NCBI GenBank assembly: GCA_001938485.1
Contig: MQRK01233039.1
Coordinates: 20,464-75,988 of the forward strand
Length of the DNA: 55,525 nucleotides
From: Girardia tigrina
Lineage: Eukaryota
Direction of reading: 5' to 3'
Both the position numbers and the translations under genes were made by a program. The notes below the pieces were generated by a model that was not told where the DNA came from, did no database searches, and saw only the letters and a program-made list of their open reading frames with translations. Positions 24,129-38,134 of the stretch are shown here, one piece after another. How positions within the stretch are numbered: position 1 is the first letter of the stretch; each line of letters begins with the position of its first letter.

Positions 24129-26066
24129 TGTAGGAAGTTACAGAAGTCATTTTCAACAAATTTATTAATATCATATACTAACATTATATAAACACATTTA
24201 AGAAGATTTTATAAAAAATATTGTGAATCCTTTTTTAATAAAAAATTAATATGTATTTTAATATAACAAAGATTGTTTATAAGTATTCGTTCTTAAACCC
24301 TCTTTCGTTAAAAGGCTTTAGCCTTTCTATATTCCTATACATAATTTGACCAGTATTATTCTTCATTTTTACACAAATTTCGTGGTGTTTCTTGATTATC
24401 TCATATGATCTTTCATATTGGTCAGTTTCTTTTTGTCTGTTTTCTATTTTTACCAAAGCCAAATCATATAAATAAATTCATTTCGTTCCTGGAATTATTT
24501 TTTTCGACAGATTAAGGATACCTTCTTTTCTCAACAACATGTATGTATCCAGTTGTACCAAATATAAATATCCACTTCTGGATCGTTGAGTATAAGGTCC
24601 CGGTTTTTACAGAACTAAATTCGGTGCATATATCGGCACGAAGGCGTCCTCTATACGATCCCTGGTTTCCACTGGGGTTCTTTTACTAGCGGCCTCCCCC
24701 AGCACCCTTCAATTGAGTGAACGCTTCCGCACACCACACAGGCTTCCTCGATAGATTAGCGGTTAGATATCTTTTCCAACCAACCTGTGTCTGTGTTCCT
24801 CATACAGACCCTTTCGCCACGCAGGCACACCCTTACTCCCACATCAACCTCCCTTTCGGGAATCAAGTATTAGTATGTCAGCCATTGGTTGGCTGACGGA
24901 ACCATTTTTTCATAGATTCATCAGCTTACCTGGCGGACTACACTCCACCGATCCGTACGTCCATTTCATTTATATCCCGGCTACCTCACTGCATTCCCGT
25001 TTCTATAGCCTCCAACCCACCTTTCATGTATCGGAGTCGTATATAGGTCGCTCCCTGGGACCAGTTGCACAGATCATTGGTAGCCGGTGCTGCACTCCTG
25101 CCAGTACACGATTCCACCCCTTTCCATGTAGGGAATCATATTAGTCAGTGTATAGCCTCTCTTCTCTTCACCTTTCGATCCACAATTGACCACACCACCG
25201 TTTCTACAGTTTCCAACCCACTTCCATGTATCAGAATCTGTAGAGGTCGCTCCCTGGAACCAGTGATGTGATATCCCTGACTTCTCGCACCATACCCTTT
25301 CACACAATTGGGGATATTCACAATGTAGATTGCGCATATCCCCTTCTATCTCCATATCCCTGGAAATCTCCAGGGATATGGGTACTTCTGGCACCTTACG
25401 CACCACTCAACGCTTATCTTGAACTCTTATCCCTGTTGGAGGCCGCATTTACCGACTCCCTCATAATATTTCTAAGAACGACCGATGTATTTGAGATATG
25501 ATTTGTTTCCCTAGTTTTTTTCGGTTTGACATATTTTCGCCTCACATCGTTTATGGTCTTGGCAGATGCCAAACGCCGTATTCCGTAGTATTCTCAAATT
25601 TCTCTCATAATACTCAATCTAATCGTTCCAATTTTATTATATGAGGATACAAAGCTCCTCGTATTAATTACATCGTATTAATTACATCTGCTCTATCCTG
25701 ATTACTTAAAGATGTTAAAACGATTTATCTGCAAAACCTGTTAATAATACCAAAAATATAATAATTTCCATTGAAAACCTTTATAAATACTTTCACAATG
25801 AGAACTTGTATCCTTTCGCTCACTTTCGATACTTCGAAAAACCTTTGGAAATCGATGATTAATTGCTCCAAAACATTGAATCTATCAAAAACCTTGGGTG
25901 AGAGAATGGTCTAAGGTGCGTCTGCCATGTAAGAAGTAACAGAAGTCGTTTTCAAAAAATTTGTTAATATCAAATACAAACATTATTTAAACAAATTTGA
26001 GGAGATTTTATAAAAATATTGTGAATCATTTTTTTGATATAATATATCGATATGTATTTTAATCTA
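24129..26066 (-). mobile_element. Non-autonomous LTR retrotransposon (short LTRs, decayed gag, integrase tail)
   Basis: Diverged direct repeats at 24129-~24270 and 25928-~26066; PBS-like TGGCAGACGCACC abutting the right LTR; PPT-like aaagaggg near 24300; ORF 24277-24462 integrase tail (YRNIERLKPF); knuckle-like remnants near 24700-24830. Confidence 0.82.
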
Positions 26067-26979
26067 TTTTTTCATTCAAACAATTACTTAACTTTTAAAA
26101 ACAATATTCCCAACCAAATTAATATTTATTACAGCTAAATATAAATTGTACAATGCTTTAATTAATCCATCAAATATAAAATACTCAAACTATTTTCATT
26201 GGAAAAGACATTTTACACTTATTAAAGAATTCATTCATTATGATAAAGTTGTCAAGAAGCACTGGATCACATAGGGAAATTTGTTTCCCAATAAACAATG
26301 AGAATGGCATGACAATTGTCCTTCTTTTGTAATTTATTTTCTGTTTTCTATTTACACTATTTAGTTGGACTGTGACTCGCGATATCCGCCTTTTAAATGA
26401 CTATTAAAAACATGTACGAACAGTTGACACATTGTTTCACTTATCTTGCTTTACTCGGATTTTGTTTAATTTATTTGAATTGATGACATTGTTCTCATTA
26501 AGTATTTTATTTATCCCCAATTTTTATTAGAACTGAATTAATAATTGTTTGAATATTGTTTGATATTTAATTAAATAAAATAATAGTAATTATTGTGATG
26601 TTACAAAGGGGGCTCCGCAAATATATTTACAATAGAAATTGTTCGGGATATGAAGAATAAAATGTTTTCATCGTACTTTAGAAGAATTTATTATAATTGT
26701 AATCAGTTCTAAATTCTTCGGGATTATGATTTCTCATCTTTTACAAAATAAACAAAATCAACAATATTTTATATTGCTCTTTATTAAGGATACACATCTA
26801 AAGCTTTTTGAAATTTTATTATTTTAATATTGTAATATTTTTGAATGATTAATAATGAAGAATGATTGAAAAGAATAATAACAACTATTAAACGATAAAC
26901 GTCGACAATCAATTAATAAACCTTATTTCAGTATAGACTTCGATATTTATGGTAGATAAATTAGATACACAAGATTGAA

Positions 26980-27600
26980 ACTAATGTAGAATAGGTATCA
27001 GTAAAGCCTTTTAGGACAAACAAAACATTTTGTTGAAAAGCTGGATGATTCTTTTATAATCTTTTAAGGCAAGGATATAATCGAAAAGTGTAACTCTGAT
27101 TGAAACAGGTATTAAAAAAAGATTGAATGAATGAGTTTTTTGGAAATACATATTTTCCAACTAAACTAAAAGACAGAAAGAGATTACAACCGCAGTTTCA
27201 ACAAAAACCAATCAATACTGTTTCACAGTAATGTCTTTTGAAATTGTTGTGGATCCAGAAACTTTCCAATAACTATTGATAAAGGTTTAGAGAAATTTCC
27301 ATTGGAAAAAAAGTTGTGGTATATTTGGATGGTATTTTGAGTTTAAAAAAAATGAAAAAAATAACAAAGATTAATGCATATCCTCCAGAAAATAAATGAA
27401 TTTTATTTAAAAGTAAATCTAATGAAATTTCAATCACTAGTAAAAAACATTTGTTTGGTTATATAATCAGGAAAAAAAGTTAACTAAGATATATGCTACT
27501 ACCTACTTTCAGGAACCATCATATATTAGAAGGATTACGACATATACTCGAAGTTTTAAAACGTATTTTTATAAAAATAAAGATATTAAATGGTTAAAAA
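26980..27600 (+). pseudogene. Decayed Gypsy reverse transcriptase remnant
   Basis: TAVSTKTNQYCFTVMSFEIVVDPETFQ ... VVVYLDGIL, matching TAF..MPFG..P.TFQ / YLDD. Confidence 0.7.
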
Positions 27601-27609
27601 TGGTGTTCG

Positions 27610-27720
27610 GACACTTCGTCACTTACATTTTATCACTTGACACTTTATCACTTAGACATTTGATCACTTGGTACATTTTATCACTTATTTTTGGACACTA
27701 TCTTTTGACACTTTATCAAT
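27610..27720 (+). repeat. Array of ~15-17 bp subrepeats (gacactttatcactt), likely a DNA-transposon terminus
   Basis: About six degenerate copies following tggtgttcg. Confidence 0.65.
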
Positions 27721-30700
27721 AATAATATTTTTTAATTTAGAATAATTTTTATGTTTAATATCAATTAATTAATAATTAAATTATAAACTAAAGTTTTTTT
27801 AGTTCTTACACGATAATAATTTCAAAAAGTTATTTCTGAAAAGTTACATCGATATAATCATCATAAAAAAATTTCAATGAAACGATTGTAAATTGGAGAT
27901 GGAAATTTTTTCGGGTTTCCTTTTCATTGATTATTTTATTTTTTTTGATGATATAAATAATGATAACAATAAATTTTAAATTATAATAATTTTAATATTT
28001 GAATTTCAAACAATCATCAAAAAGACGGAAACTCTCAGGAGAAGTGATCTTACAGAAATTACGTAGGGGATTCTCTCAGTGACGCGAAGTGATGAGGACC
28101 ATTTTTTGGGATTCCCTTGGTGTTTTTAATAAAAGATTTAATAATGAATTTAAAAATTAAGTTTAAACCTTGTTAAATAAGAAACTTAAAATAAATAATT
28201 TAAAAGAACATTTTTTTAAATAATTTTTTACCTTATTTAACTATTTGAATGAAGCATTAGATTATATTTAATTTAGGTTTGAATACTGAAAGTAAAACAA
28301 AACGTTGCTTCAATAACAATCATGACTGGAATACTATTAATATCAAAATACTTCTGAATAATATGACAATCTTTGAAAGATATTTAGTACTTCCTTCTTC
28401 GATAAATGACTTTCGTTAAACATTTGTTTAGCCAAATCTTCCTGAAATCAGCCGAAAATTTGTTACCTGACGGCTGTATCTACGAAAACTCTGTTGGATT
28501 TTCATAAATAACTATTTTCAACTTTAATATTAATAAGCGTGGTGCATGTCATTGCGTAAGACTTATTCCATACGTATTTTTTAATTAAAAGTAATAGTAT
28601 TATGTTGTTAATATGTACTAACAATGTTAAATTAACCCTTTAGCATAGGAAAAATTTTTGAAATTAGTTTTTTATGAAAACTTAAAAGTTCAGTATAAAA
28701 AAATTTTTCAATAAGGTTTTACTATAGTTTTATTTTTTAATCATAAAACGTTTTCTTACAAGATATTATAAATATTTGTCATTTATCTCTTATTTAAATT
28801 ATAAATTATAATTAATTATGCTTTATTTGTAATTTATGTTTATTTTATAATTTTTTATGTTAAAATTTGTTATTTTATATTTAAATTTTAAATATAAATT
28901 CGATTTTAGAAATATTGAGCTCACGTTTTAACACGTTTCTTTTAATATTCAATAAATAAAAATTCATTTAAAATAACTAATTATCTCGTTATTTTTACTC
29001 AGACGAAATTTTTTGTATTATTTTTTATTTTAATTACCATTTTTATTTTCGTCATAGATTAAAAACCAATTCTGTCTATTTTCTTTTGATTATTGAAAAA
29101 AAACATTAATAAATGGATAAATGAATTGTTCTAAACCAATATTTTTTGTTATTCTCAAAAGATTTTTTTAATCGGAAAGAGATTTTTCAAATTAAGAAAC
29201 AAAAAAAAACAAACACAAGAACGAAAGAAAAAAAAGACGATTTGAAAAAAATCCATTGACAATTGTTAAATGTAATAAATGGAATATGGGAACCCGTCAT
29301 TTATAGTTTCTACGAGTTATAAACTCGATTCTGTTTTGTAGATTTCATTTCAATAAGCAACTATTAATTTGTTCCCATAACATCATTAAAATGGAGTTTT
29401 ATAAAGTACTTAATTCTTAATTCTTCTTTAAAAGCTAGTTAGACATCTAAAGTGGATTTTAAAGAAAAAAATATTTAATTAATATTAAAAAAAATTTTTA
29501 ATGCAAATTTACAACAATATACATTTCTTTAATTTATATTTTGTATTTATAATTAAAAAAAAGGAAAATAATTTTAATTTACAATGATTTTGATTAACCA
29601 AGAGAATTTTCCATAAAAATAAACAAGATTTTAACAATCTTCTTCATTGCTAATTGATGAGAAATTGTTCTATTTCAATATTATGCTTGTGGCATGCAAT
29701 GAATCACAGAATTCCACAAGAATTCTGTCTGCTGCTTTGGAATTTTTGGATTTCAGAACACAAACCATTACTTTTATTTCACACTTTGAACGCATTTTCT
29801 TTACTTTACCTTTTATATTTATTTCCTCTCCTTATTTGACATACATTTTTATAAATTAGATTTCTGTGCTCTTCTGTGTCTTAAAAAGTTTCAGAATAAA
29901 AAGAATAAAAAGTTTCAGAAATAAAAGAATCTCAAAACTGTAATAAATATACCTTTTGAATATTAACGAAAAACATCATATTTAACATTTTTTGTGAAAT
30001 AATGTATTAATTAAAATATTATTTCTTATACAATTGAAATGCAAAAAAATCTCAAAAAAAGGAAACATGTAAAAACAGGTAATTTAAGGTTTTCTCTAAA
30101 TATTACTTCTATCAAATTTATAATTAATTTCAATTAAATTTTAGGTCGAATAAAACCAATTTTAATAATTTAAAAAATATTATTTGTTTAAATTTTTTTC
30201 AAAAGCATTTTTTATCAAAAATAAAATTATAAATATTTGACTTAAGTAGTTAAACCAATTTTCGTATGTTCATTAAAAATCTTTTGAAAATAAAAAAAAT
30301 ATATAAAAAATACAAAAAAAGTGTGGAAATTTTAGAAAGATGTAAAGTAAGAGAATAAAGTGGCATAATATTTGAAATTTATTCTCTAAGGAATTATTTT
30401 TAAGACTTCGAAGAATATAAAGATTGTATTTTTGTAATTCTAAATTGAAAGTAATTTTTTCACTTACAGTTTGACTTTTCGAAAGTTCCAAGACTTTTTT
30501 GTCTATCTTTCGCATTAAAATATTTTTTTTACATTTGCCATTTATATTGTTTGAGTTTATAAGTTATAGAAACACATGGTTGCGTTACATCAAAAGGATT
30601 TAAAGAATATAGAAAAGAAAAGTTTCACGATTAACTCTTGGAAATAAAAAGATTGATATATTTGCTCCTAATTATTTTGAAATAATCTTGGTTCACATCA

Positions 30701-30956
30701 GTCGTACGTATTAGTTAAAATAACCTTTAATGTTTCGTGGTTTACGTTTAAATTTATCAGAATTATTAATAACTGAACACCAAACTTTCTTGTTTTTAAC
30801 ATTTGAGAGGGGAGCAAATGTTTGACTTTAAAAATTCATCAAAATAATTTTAGTGTTTCAAAATTTTAAATAAGATCAATATATAAAAATATATATTTAT
30901 TTTTTTTCATGTTTAATAAATAATTTTACTGAAATTTCTAAATTTTATACTTTCAG

Positions 30957-32037
30957 TCCTCCTCTTTTGATGTCTGATATCACTCCAGTTACAAGTGGGT
31001 ATCTAAAGAATGCATCGGTTCCCATTCCAACAATGAATAGTAAATCGAACTCCGGTAATATCAATCCCCATCTCAATGGTTGTAATCTCAATGGGATTAA
31101 CAGATCTGATCATCACCCTATTACAAATTCATTTCCAAATTTTTATCATAATCACCCACCAAATCATAATCCGTCCAACCACCATCCCTCAATGAGTTTA
31201 TGTTCCCCAAATCCTAATCCTAGATATATGTATCAGACTCTTGCAAATCATAAATCTAATCCATTTCATCATAATCTTCATTATCCATTTATTCCGGGAA
31301 CTGGATCGCATACCTTTCCTCCTCTTTTTCCATCTTCTTCATATATTCCTGATCCCGGAAACACTATGAAACATCATCACAGATTCTCTCCCCTTCCTTC
31401 ACCCCGTCACGGTTCAATGGAACATTTACCATTATCTTTAACGCCAACAAAATACACCCGACATGGTCATAATTCTAATGTTATACACCCTGTTTCTGTG
31501 CCATATTATCCATCATCTCAAACTCCATCGATCTTTCCATTTCGACATAATCCATTCGAATCAATGCCTCCCCTTGGATTCTCTAGATTTCAATCTCCGA
31601 AAAAACCTCATTTTAACAATATTCATCGACCCATTCCAGAACCTGCTACGACATGTACAATTCCAAAAATTGGAAATTCTAATTTACAACAATCATTTGA
31701 AGATGATTCCTCAATAATTGAAGATAATAATCCTAATGAATCATTTACCAAACGATCTACCGAAATAGAAAAAAATCCATCCCCGATAGAAGAGGATAGC
31801 GCGAATGCTTCTTCCTCAATACCTGAAAATAGTAATACAAGTACAACAACAACATCAAGTAAGAGTAACAACGTTACTCCATCTCAAACTCCCAGAAAGC
31901 CTGCTAAAAAGAGACTTGAGGCTAGAACTCCTACATTTGATAAAAACGAAGAAAATCAAGGAGATTCCTCATTAGATTTTTCAGCTTCTACAGGATCCGC
32001 ATTTAGACTTGTTCATAAAAGCAAATCAATAAGTTAG
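30957..32037 (+). CDS. NFI: NFI-like gene, exon D (Pro/His/Ser/Asn-rich putative regulatory domain; probably terminal)
   Basis: tttcag| acceptor at 30956; phase 2 joins exon C in frame with the 356-aa ORF. Proline-rich as expected for a CTF/NFI C-terminal region; basic PRKPAKKRL NLS-like motif; TAG at 32035-32037 (overlaps a possible GTTAGT donor). Confidence 0.8.
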
Positions 32038-32121
32038 TTTTTAATTATCATTTTTATAAAATTTGATTATAGATAATTTATTAAAAGATGTGTTTAAGGA
32101 AGAATAATTTTCTTTTTTTTA

Positions 32122-32127
32122 AATAAA
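32122..32127 (+). terminator. Candidate polyadenylation signal of NFI-like gene
   Basis: AATAAA about 85 nt after the stop; weak evidence in AT-rich DNA. Confidence 0.3.
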
Positions 32128-35100
32128 GAAAATTTATTTGCACAAAAATATTTAAATATCAAAACATTGAAATTTTCAATCATAAAACGTGATTCACGAT
32201 TTTCAAAATAATTATTGTTATTGAAAAATGTCTATTATTAGAATGAAGTATAAATTAAGATTCGACAAAAATACTTAAATTATTTTATTAAACTATTTAA
32301 AACGGCAAATTCGATTATTGCATCTTGTTTATTTTATTCAATAAATAAAGATTGGAACGAATTTCCATATTTCTACTTGGATACCTTTAGGGTACATTTA
32401 ACCAACAATTTTATACATTGTTAAATTTGATACCAAAACCTTTTCACTTTGAAGTTTAATTTTTAAAGTTCTAGTTCTTAAACAATAGAATAATTTTAGA
32501 AGAGCATTGTATGTAGTTTACATTCTTTAAACGCCCTTAGATGAGGTTGTTGTTTAGAAGAAATCCCATTTAAGAGTAAAGGGTTTAGTATTATAAAATT
32601 GAGGTAACATCAAATAGTCCTTATAAGAAATAGTTTCACATTTAAAAAATTTACTTAAAATAAGGAACATTTTGAAAATAGTAAAAAAAAACAATTATCA
32701 ATTTTCTAATCAATATATTTAGTTGCATTAAAACAAAAAATCATTTCTTTGAAAGAATTGTTTTAAAAATTAAAATTATTAAATTTAAGGAAGAAAAAAA
32801 ATTTTAGGGAAAAAAGAGAGAAAAGAGAAAAATACCACAACTAACGAAAATTAATTATTTTAATTTATTTTCCTGAAAACAAAATCTGTTTATTAGAGGC
32901 ACTCGATTATTCGAATAAATCGAATAATAAAATAAAGTCGGAAAAAATCATCACAAATAACCATATGATCAATGATGGTAATAAAGAAAACAATTTGTAT
33001 TGTATGACGACACAGACGGACAAATATCATACGAACTAATACAGAAAGAATTGTTTACCTTCTGTACAGGATGTTGACCAGCGTCACCTGAGCATGTGAG
33101 TGAAGTTATTTAGTCAATGACTGGTGGTTTGGTTGTGGTGAATTTCAGCTTACAAATAATATTAGCAAATTTACTGTTTAACCTTCATATCAAACAAACG
33201 CTATAGTCGGTTTTTGTCGTTAATGAATTAAAAATCGACTAAAACAAAAAAAACAATTTTTTTTCAATAAAAAAATCAATTTTCTCTTAGTATCGTCGTT
33301 GGAGATTTTTTTTCCTTTTCCCCAGATTTATTGATCTGACCATCGTTTTTATGGATTGGTGCTCTGTGTTTTAAGCCGATTAAAATATGATAATGGGATT
33401 GATATTAATCTACATTTTGTTTCGAATGATAATAATATCATTTGACTGCTCATTTTTCATTACATTCGCGAAATACGACGATATTCAAATGAGTATGGCC
33501 AACGACGATTTGAGGCATCATTAGCAGTTCGCCCGTCCTTAATTGCCAAGCTCATATATTCTGTTTTTGTATTGTTTCGATTCACTGTTTCAATAAACAA
33601 TGAACGATTTCCATCTTTCTTTTATAGCTTCGAGCTATCTCTTTGTTTTTAGTGTTATAACTATAATAATTACGTATTTTGTCATTAAAAGAGTATTATA
33701 GAAATTCTATAAATTTTATCTAGAATATCTTTTAAGAAAAGTGATATAAAAGTCTCACAAGTGATAAAATATTTATTATTATGCATCTTTTTCTCCAAAA
33801 AATCTGATATAACTTTCCAATAGTTATCATTAGCAAATCTTTTTTATGTAAATTAATTTTAAATTTTTTATATAAATTATAGTAAAAATAATTTTCGAAA
33901 TTTTTATACGAATAACGGAATTAATTTTTTGACAATTATTTTTTATTGAAAATTTAATCAAAACGATTTAAAAACTTGTTTAGTATTTCATATGAATACA
34001 TGATCTCACGAAAAAACGAGTTTATTCTTATCAAAAATAAGTTTTAAAGCTTTCAGAAAATGGTAATAGCCCCATGGAGCAGGATCGTTTCTCTACTGAC
34101 TGGCTACCCATTTCTATAATTACTTTTAAAGTTCTTTCGATGATCACTTCTAAATGACCAATATGATGTAGTTAATGATGTCTTTTTATTGCTTTTTAAA
34201 ATATTATAATGGGATAAATTGAACTTTTTTTTCAAAATTGTAATAGTGTAAAATTTAAGCTATTGAAATTATCAAAAACAACTTAAATTTATACCATTCT
34301 AATATATTTTTGATTTTCAATCTAAATCATTTGTAACTAATAATCTGTGATTTCAAAATTGAATAACAAATAGAAATAAAAAATAAAATATAAAATTTTT
34401 TTCTATATTCTTTCACAATTCACTGCATGTTTCGTTCTTATGAGATCATTAAATGAATCGTTTATTGCTAGAACAGATTTATAAACATTCACAACTTAAA
34501 TCAAAAGAGAATATGTATCTAACACAGAATATTTTTCAAAACTCTGATTATATATAAATAACTCAAAACACTAAAAAGATTTTCAAAAAAATAATTTTAA
34601 TTTTTTTTAAAAAAAATTATATTAATATATTTTTTAAAAAATACACTTTTTAATAAATTTAATTTCAAAAAAAATTTTGTAAGTACCAAAATATGAAATT
34701 CTGCAAAACTGTAATATTAAACAAAAATTTTAGTAATTTAAATTTCAAAAATTAAATAGCATTTTAATACCATTTTTTATGTATAAAATGAAATATAATT
34801 TAAAATTTTATTTTAATAAATAAGAAATATAAATATATTTAAAATGAAATATAAATAATTTTTTAAAATTCCTGAAATTAAAATAAAAATTTTCCACTAG
34901 TATAATGAATAGATAAACATTTAAAAAAAGTTTTAAAAACTAAATACAAATAATTTTGACACAATATGATAAATAAAAAATATATAGTTAAATATTTTTA
35001 TTTGACATTGTGATGAGTTAATCATGTTTAAATTTCAATATTTACAATTCTGAAACATTGGTTATTTCTCTTTTGAATGTTAATAAAAGGGTTGTGATGT

Positions 35101-37655
35101 TTCATTACTAATGACGTGCAAAATGTTCTTTCATAATGTGTATCGAAATTTGAAATCAGAATTGAAAATTCATCATTTACATTAGCTGATTTTCTTTTTT
35201 GACACGACTTTAAATGCTCACAGACTTAAATCGTTTGACTTGGTAGTGTGTGTTCAGTAATATGAGTACGGAGATGACGGTGTGCCTATCCAATGTGCCA
35301 ACGTATTCCGCTAGATTCCCGAGTTGTTCGAGAACCGGACGGTGGTAGCAGTCGCGCTCGACTTTGATGTGCTGCGCCCATTTATATTTTATATTCAAAG
35401 TCGTTATTTTCAAGCAAACAAAATAATGGTTATTATTAAAAAGGAACAAAAATATCATTATTTTCCAGCTAACAAATTACAGTTGTTATTTACAATACAT
35501 TTGTTATTTTGAATACATCACTTTCTTTTACTTAATGTTTTAAATGTTTAAAGAAATCAGGATTTCCAAAGCAATCATTCTTTCTATCATGCATTAATAT
35601 TTTCAAAATGTAAAACATATAAATATTAAAAGAAAAAAACTTTAAAAAAATTTCAATAATAATTATTTATTAGCTTTAAAATATAATAAAAAGTAGAGTA
35701 TTTTTTCATTAATTAACGATGTGACTCCATCTAAATTATTTCAATATGGTTGAAAATATTAGATGATAATCTCTTTTCTCAAAAAAATATATATATATTG
35801 AATTTTTTTAATACAAAAAAGATTTTACTTTTTTTCTAATAATCGAAAACAGTGATTCTACGAATTATTGTTTTCCAAAAATTTCTCTCGACTGCAAACT
35901 TCTCCAAAAAAGATTTATCAAAAACCATAAATATTAATAAAAGATAATAATCAATAGTGATTCAATATTACTTACAGAACACATCTGGGATTAATTTTCA
36001 AACTACTAATTAAATTTGCATAAAAATTTAGCAAAAAAAATGAAAAAAATTGTAATATTTCTTTCACTGAAGATTTGACACAAAAGACGTAATTACTTGG
36101 AAAAGAGGATTAGATAGAATCATTGTCAGAGCTAATTAAAATAATTGAATTAATTAATCATTCAAGCTAATAATTTGAATTTAATAGGTGCTTATTAATG
36201 CAGTTTCTACTCTGAAATTTGGACTGTTTTAGATCAATTAAAGAATTTCCTATTTTATTTAAGAAATATAAATTATAAAAATCCATGTGAGGATTGTTTG
36301 ATTGTCACTTTTTTACTGATCCCATGCACGAACAATTAAGGAGGATATTTATGTGACAGTTAGACTACGGAATATCATTTGCTTCACGATTGTTTTACAA
36401 TTTTGAGAAGCAAACTTTTGAGTAAGTCTTGATATATTTTCTGTAGTTCATATTTTCTATGGTTTTAATCTGAGAATAGGTATTCAACTATTCAGAAAAT
36501 GATTATATAAAGTTAGTAAATTGGAACAAAAGTTATATTTGTATTATATTCTAGTAATGTTCAATGAAAACTTTGTAGACCTTTGAAAATAAAAAACTTT
36601 AGGCACTTTTCACTTCGAATTTAATTTTCAAATGGAAAAAAAGTAACTTTGATCTTGTCGTTCATAATGTTTTTATAGTTAACTCTTACAATTCTTTATT
36701 CAGTCCAATGAAAATTTATATTCGATTTTAGGAATAAATTAGCTGAAAATTCAATCTTCTCGCGAGAAAAGTTTACTCTTGTTTTTAAGATAATTAGTTT
36801 TAATGTATTTTATCAATTGTGTAATGTAACGTCAACAACTATAACCCCTAATATATGTTTTCAATTCATAAATATTCTTAATCTTGATGACTTTACATCT
36901 ATGGGAACGAATGTTTATGCTACTTGGTAGAATAAAATGAGGAATTTGATGAGGTATGACTAGTTAAAGTTTGAAGAACAAATATATAAATTATAGAAGC
37001 TAATAATGACAAATTGATGAATATTAAAATAAATGGTGATATAGGTCTGGTAAAAATAATCTCCCCTGTTTATATAATACACAAAAGCAAATATTTTTTA
37101 TGTTATAACTGATTTGGTTTCGATGAGTCCAAAATACAAATGCAATAGTTTACACCAATATGTGTAAAGATCTAATTTAATACTGCTTTATTACATTCGT
37201 ACTCAATAAATACTTTGTGAAAAAGTTTTGGAACGCAACGAAAATTCATAAAAAAATATCCAAGGTTATGTAGGATACTCTATGTTTAGGGAAACGTTTG
37301 AATTTAAACAGGGTCATGAGAACTCTAGAAAATTACCCGTGTAGAAGATTACAAAAAATATCATAATACCCGAAATCGTTGAAAAAGAGATGACAAGGCT
37401 TTTTATTGGTGTAGATGTTGGCAATGGATCAAAATCTCTTCAGAGAATAATAGTTAATACAAAGAGTCTAGACTGTTTAACTCAAATAAAACTGACCTTG
37501 ATTAACGATTTATTATCACATTTTATATCCGTGAAATCAAGCAGCTGTTAAAACAATGCCAAAATAATAGTACTAGACAACCAAAGAAGGAAAATAATCT
37601 AAAATGTTGTTACACAAGTCTTTTCGGAATCAAAAGGAATGTTTTTAATTATTAA

Positions 37656-37859
37656 CCCCTTTACCGTGTGTCACGAGTTAACTCGTCATATGAAATCTTG
37701 GGCTTAACCGTACATCACGAGTTAACTCGTCTTCAGATATATAAAAGTCGTCTGTGTGCCGTGCGTCCCGAGTTAACTCGTCCTGATACAAAAAAAGCAT
37801 TGGAAATCAATAACAGCCAATTCAACAGCGGATGATAAAAATAGGTCACGGTAAAGGGG
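37656..37859. mobile_element. piggyBac-type MITE
   Basis: TTAA on both flanks; TIR CCCCTTTACCGTG / CACGGTAAAGGGG; three internal CGAGTTAACTCG palindromes. Confidence 0.9.
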
Positions 37860-38065
37860 TTAATAACTAATCCAAAAGATTAACAACATATAAAGAATAT
37901 TACTCTTAACGTCTTGATTAAGTGGCTACAAAGTTTATCTAAATAGATCTGACTTGTATAAGAAGAAAATCATTTCCATCAGAACAATATACTTTCTCAC
38001 ACACGTGTGGTAGCAATGAGAAAAGTAAATAAACTTTCAGATCCTTATTTGCCTCTTTCTGTCTT

Positions 38066-38134
38066 TTACACAATTAATCTCTTTACACAATTAATCTCTT
38101 CTGCCTTACACAATTAATCTCTTTACACAATTAA
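38066..38134. repeat. Tandem repeat (ttacacaattaatctct x4)
   Basis: Direct reading; 17-mer pair duplicated at a 40-bp period. Confidence 0.85.

Noticed and set aside
25559-25572. NFI binding site TTGGC-agat-GCCAA
   Set aside because: Spacer is 4 nt rather than 5, and it lies inside an LTR element.
27610-27720. CRISPR-like array
   Set aside because: Repeats are short and nearly abutting with no unique spacers; eukaryotic context, no cas genes.
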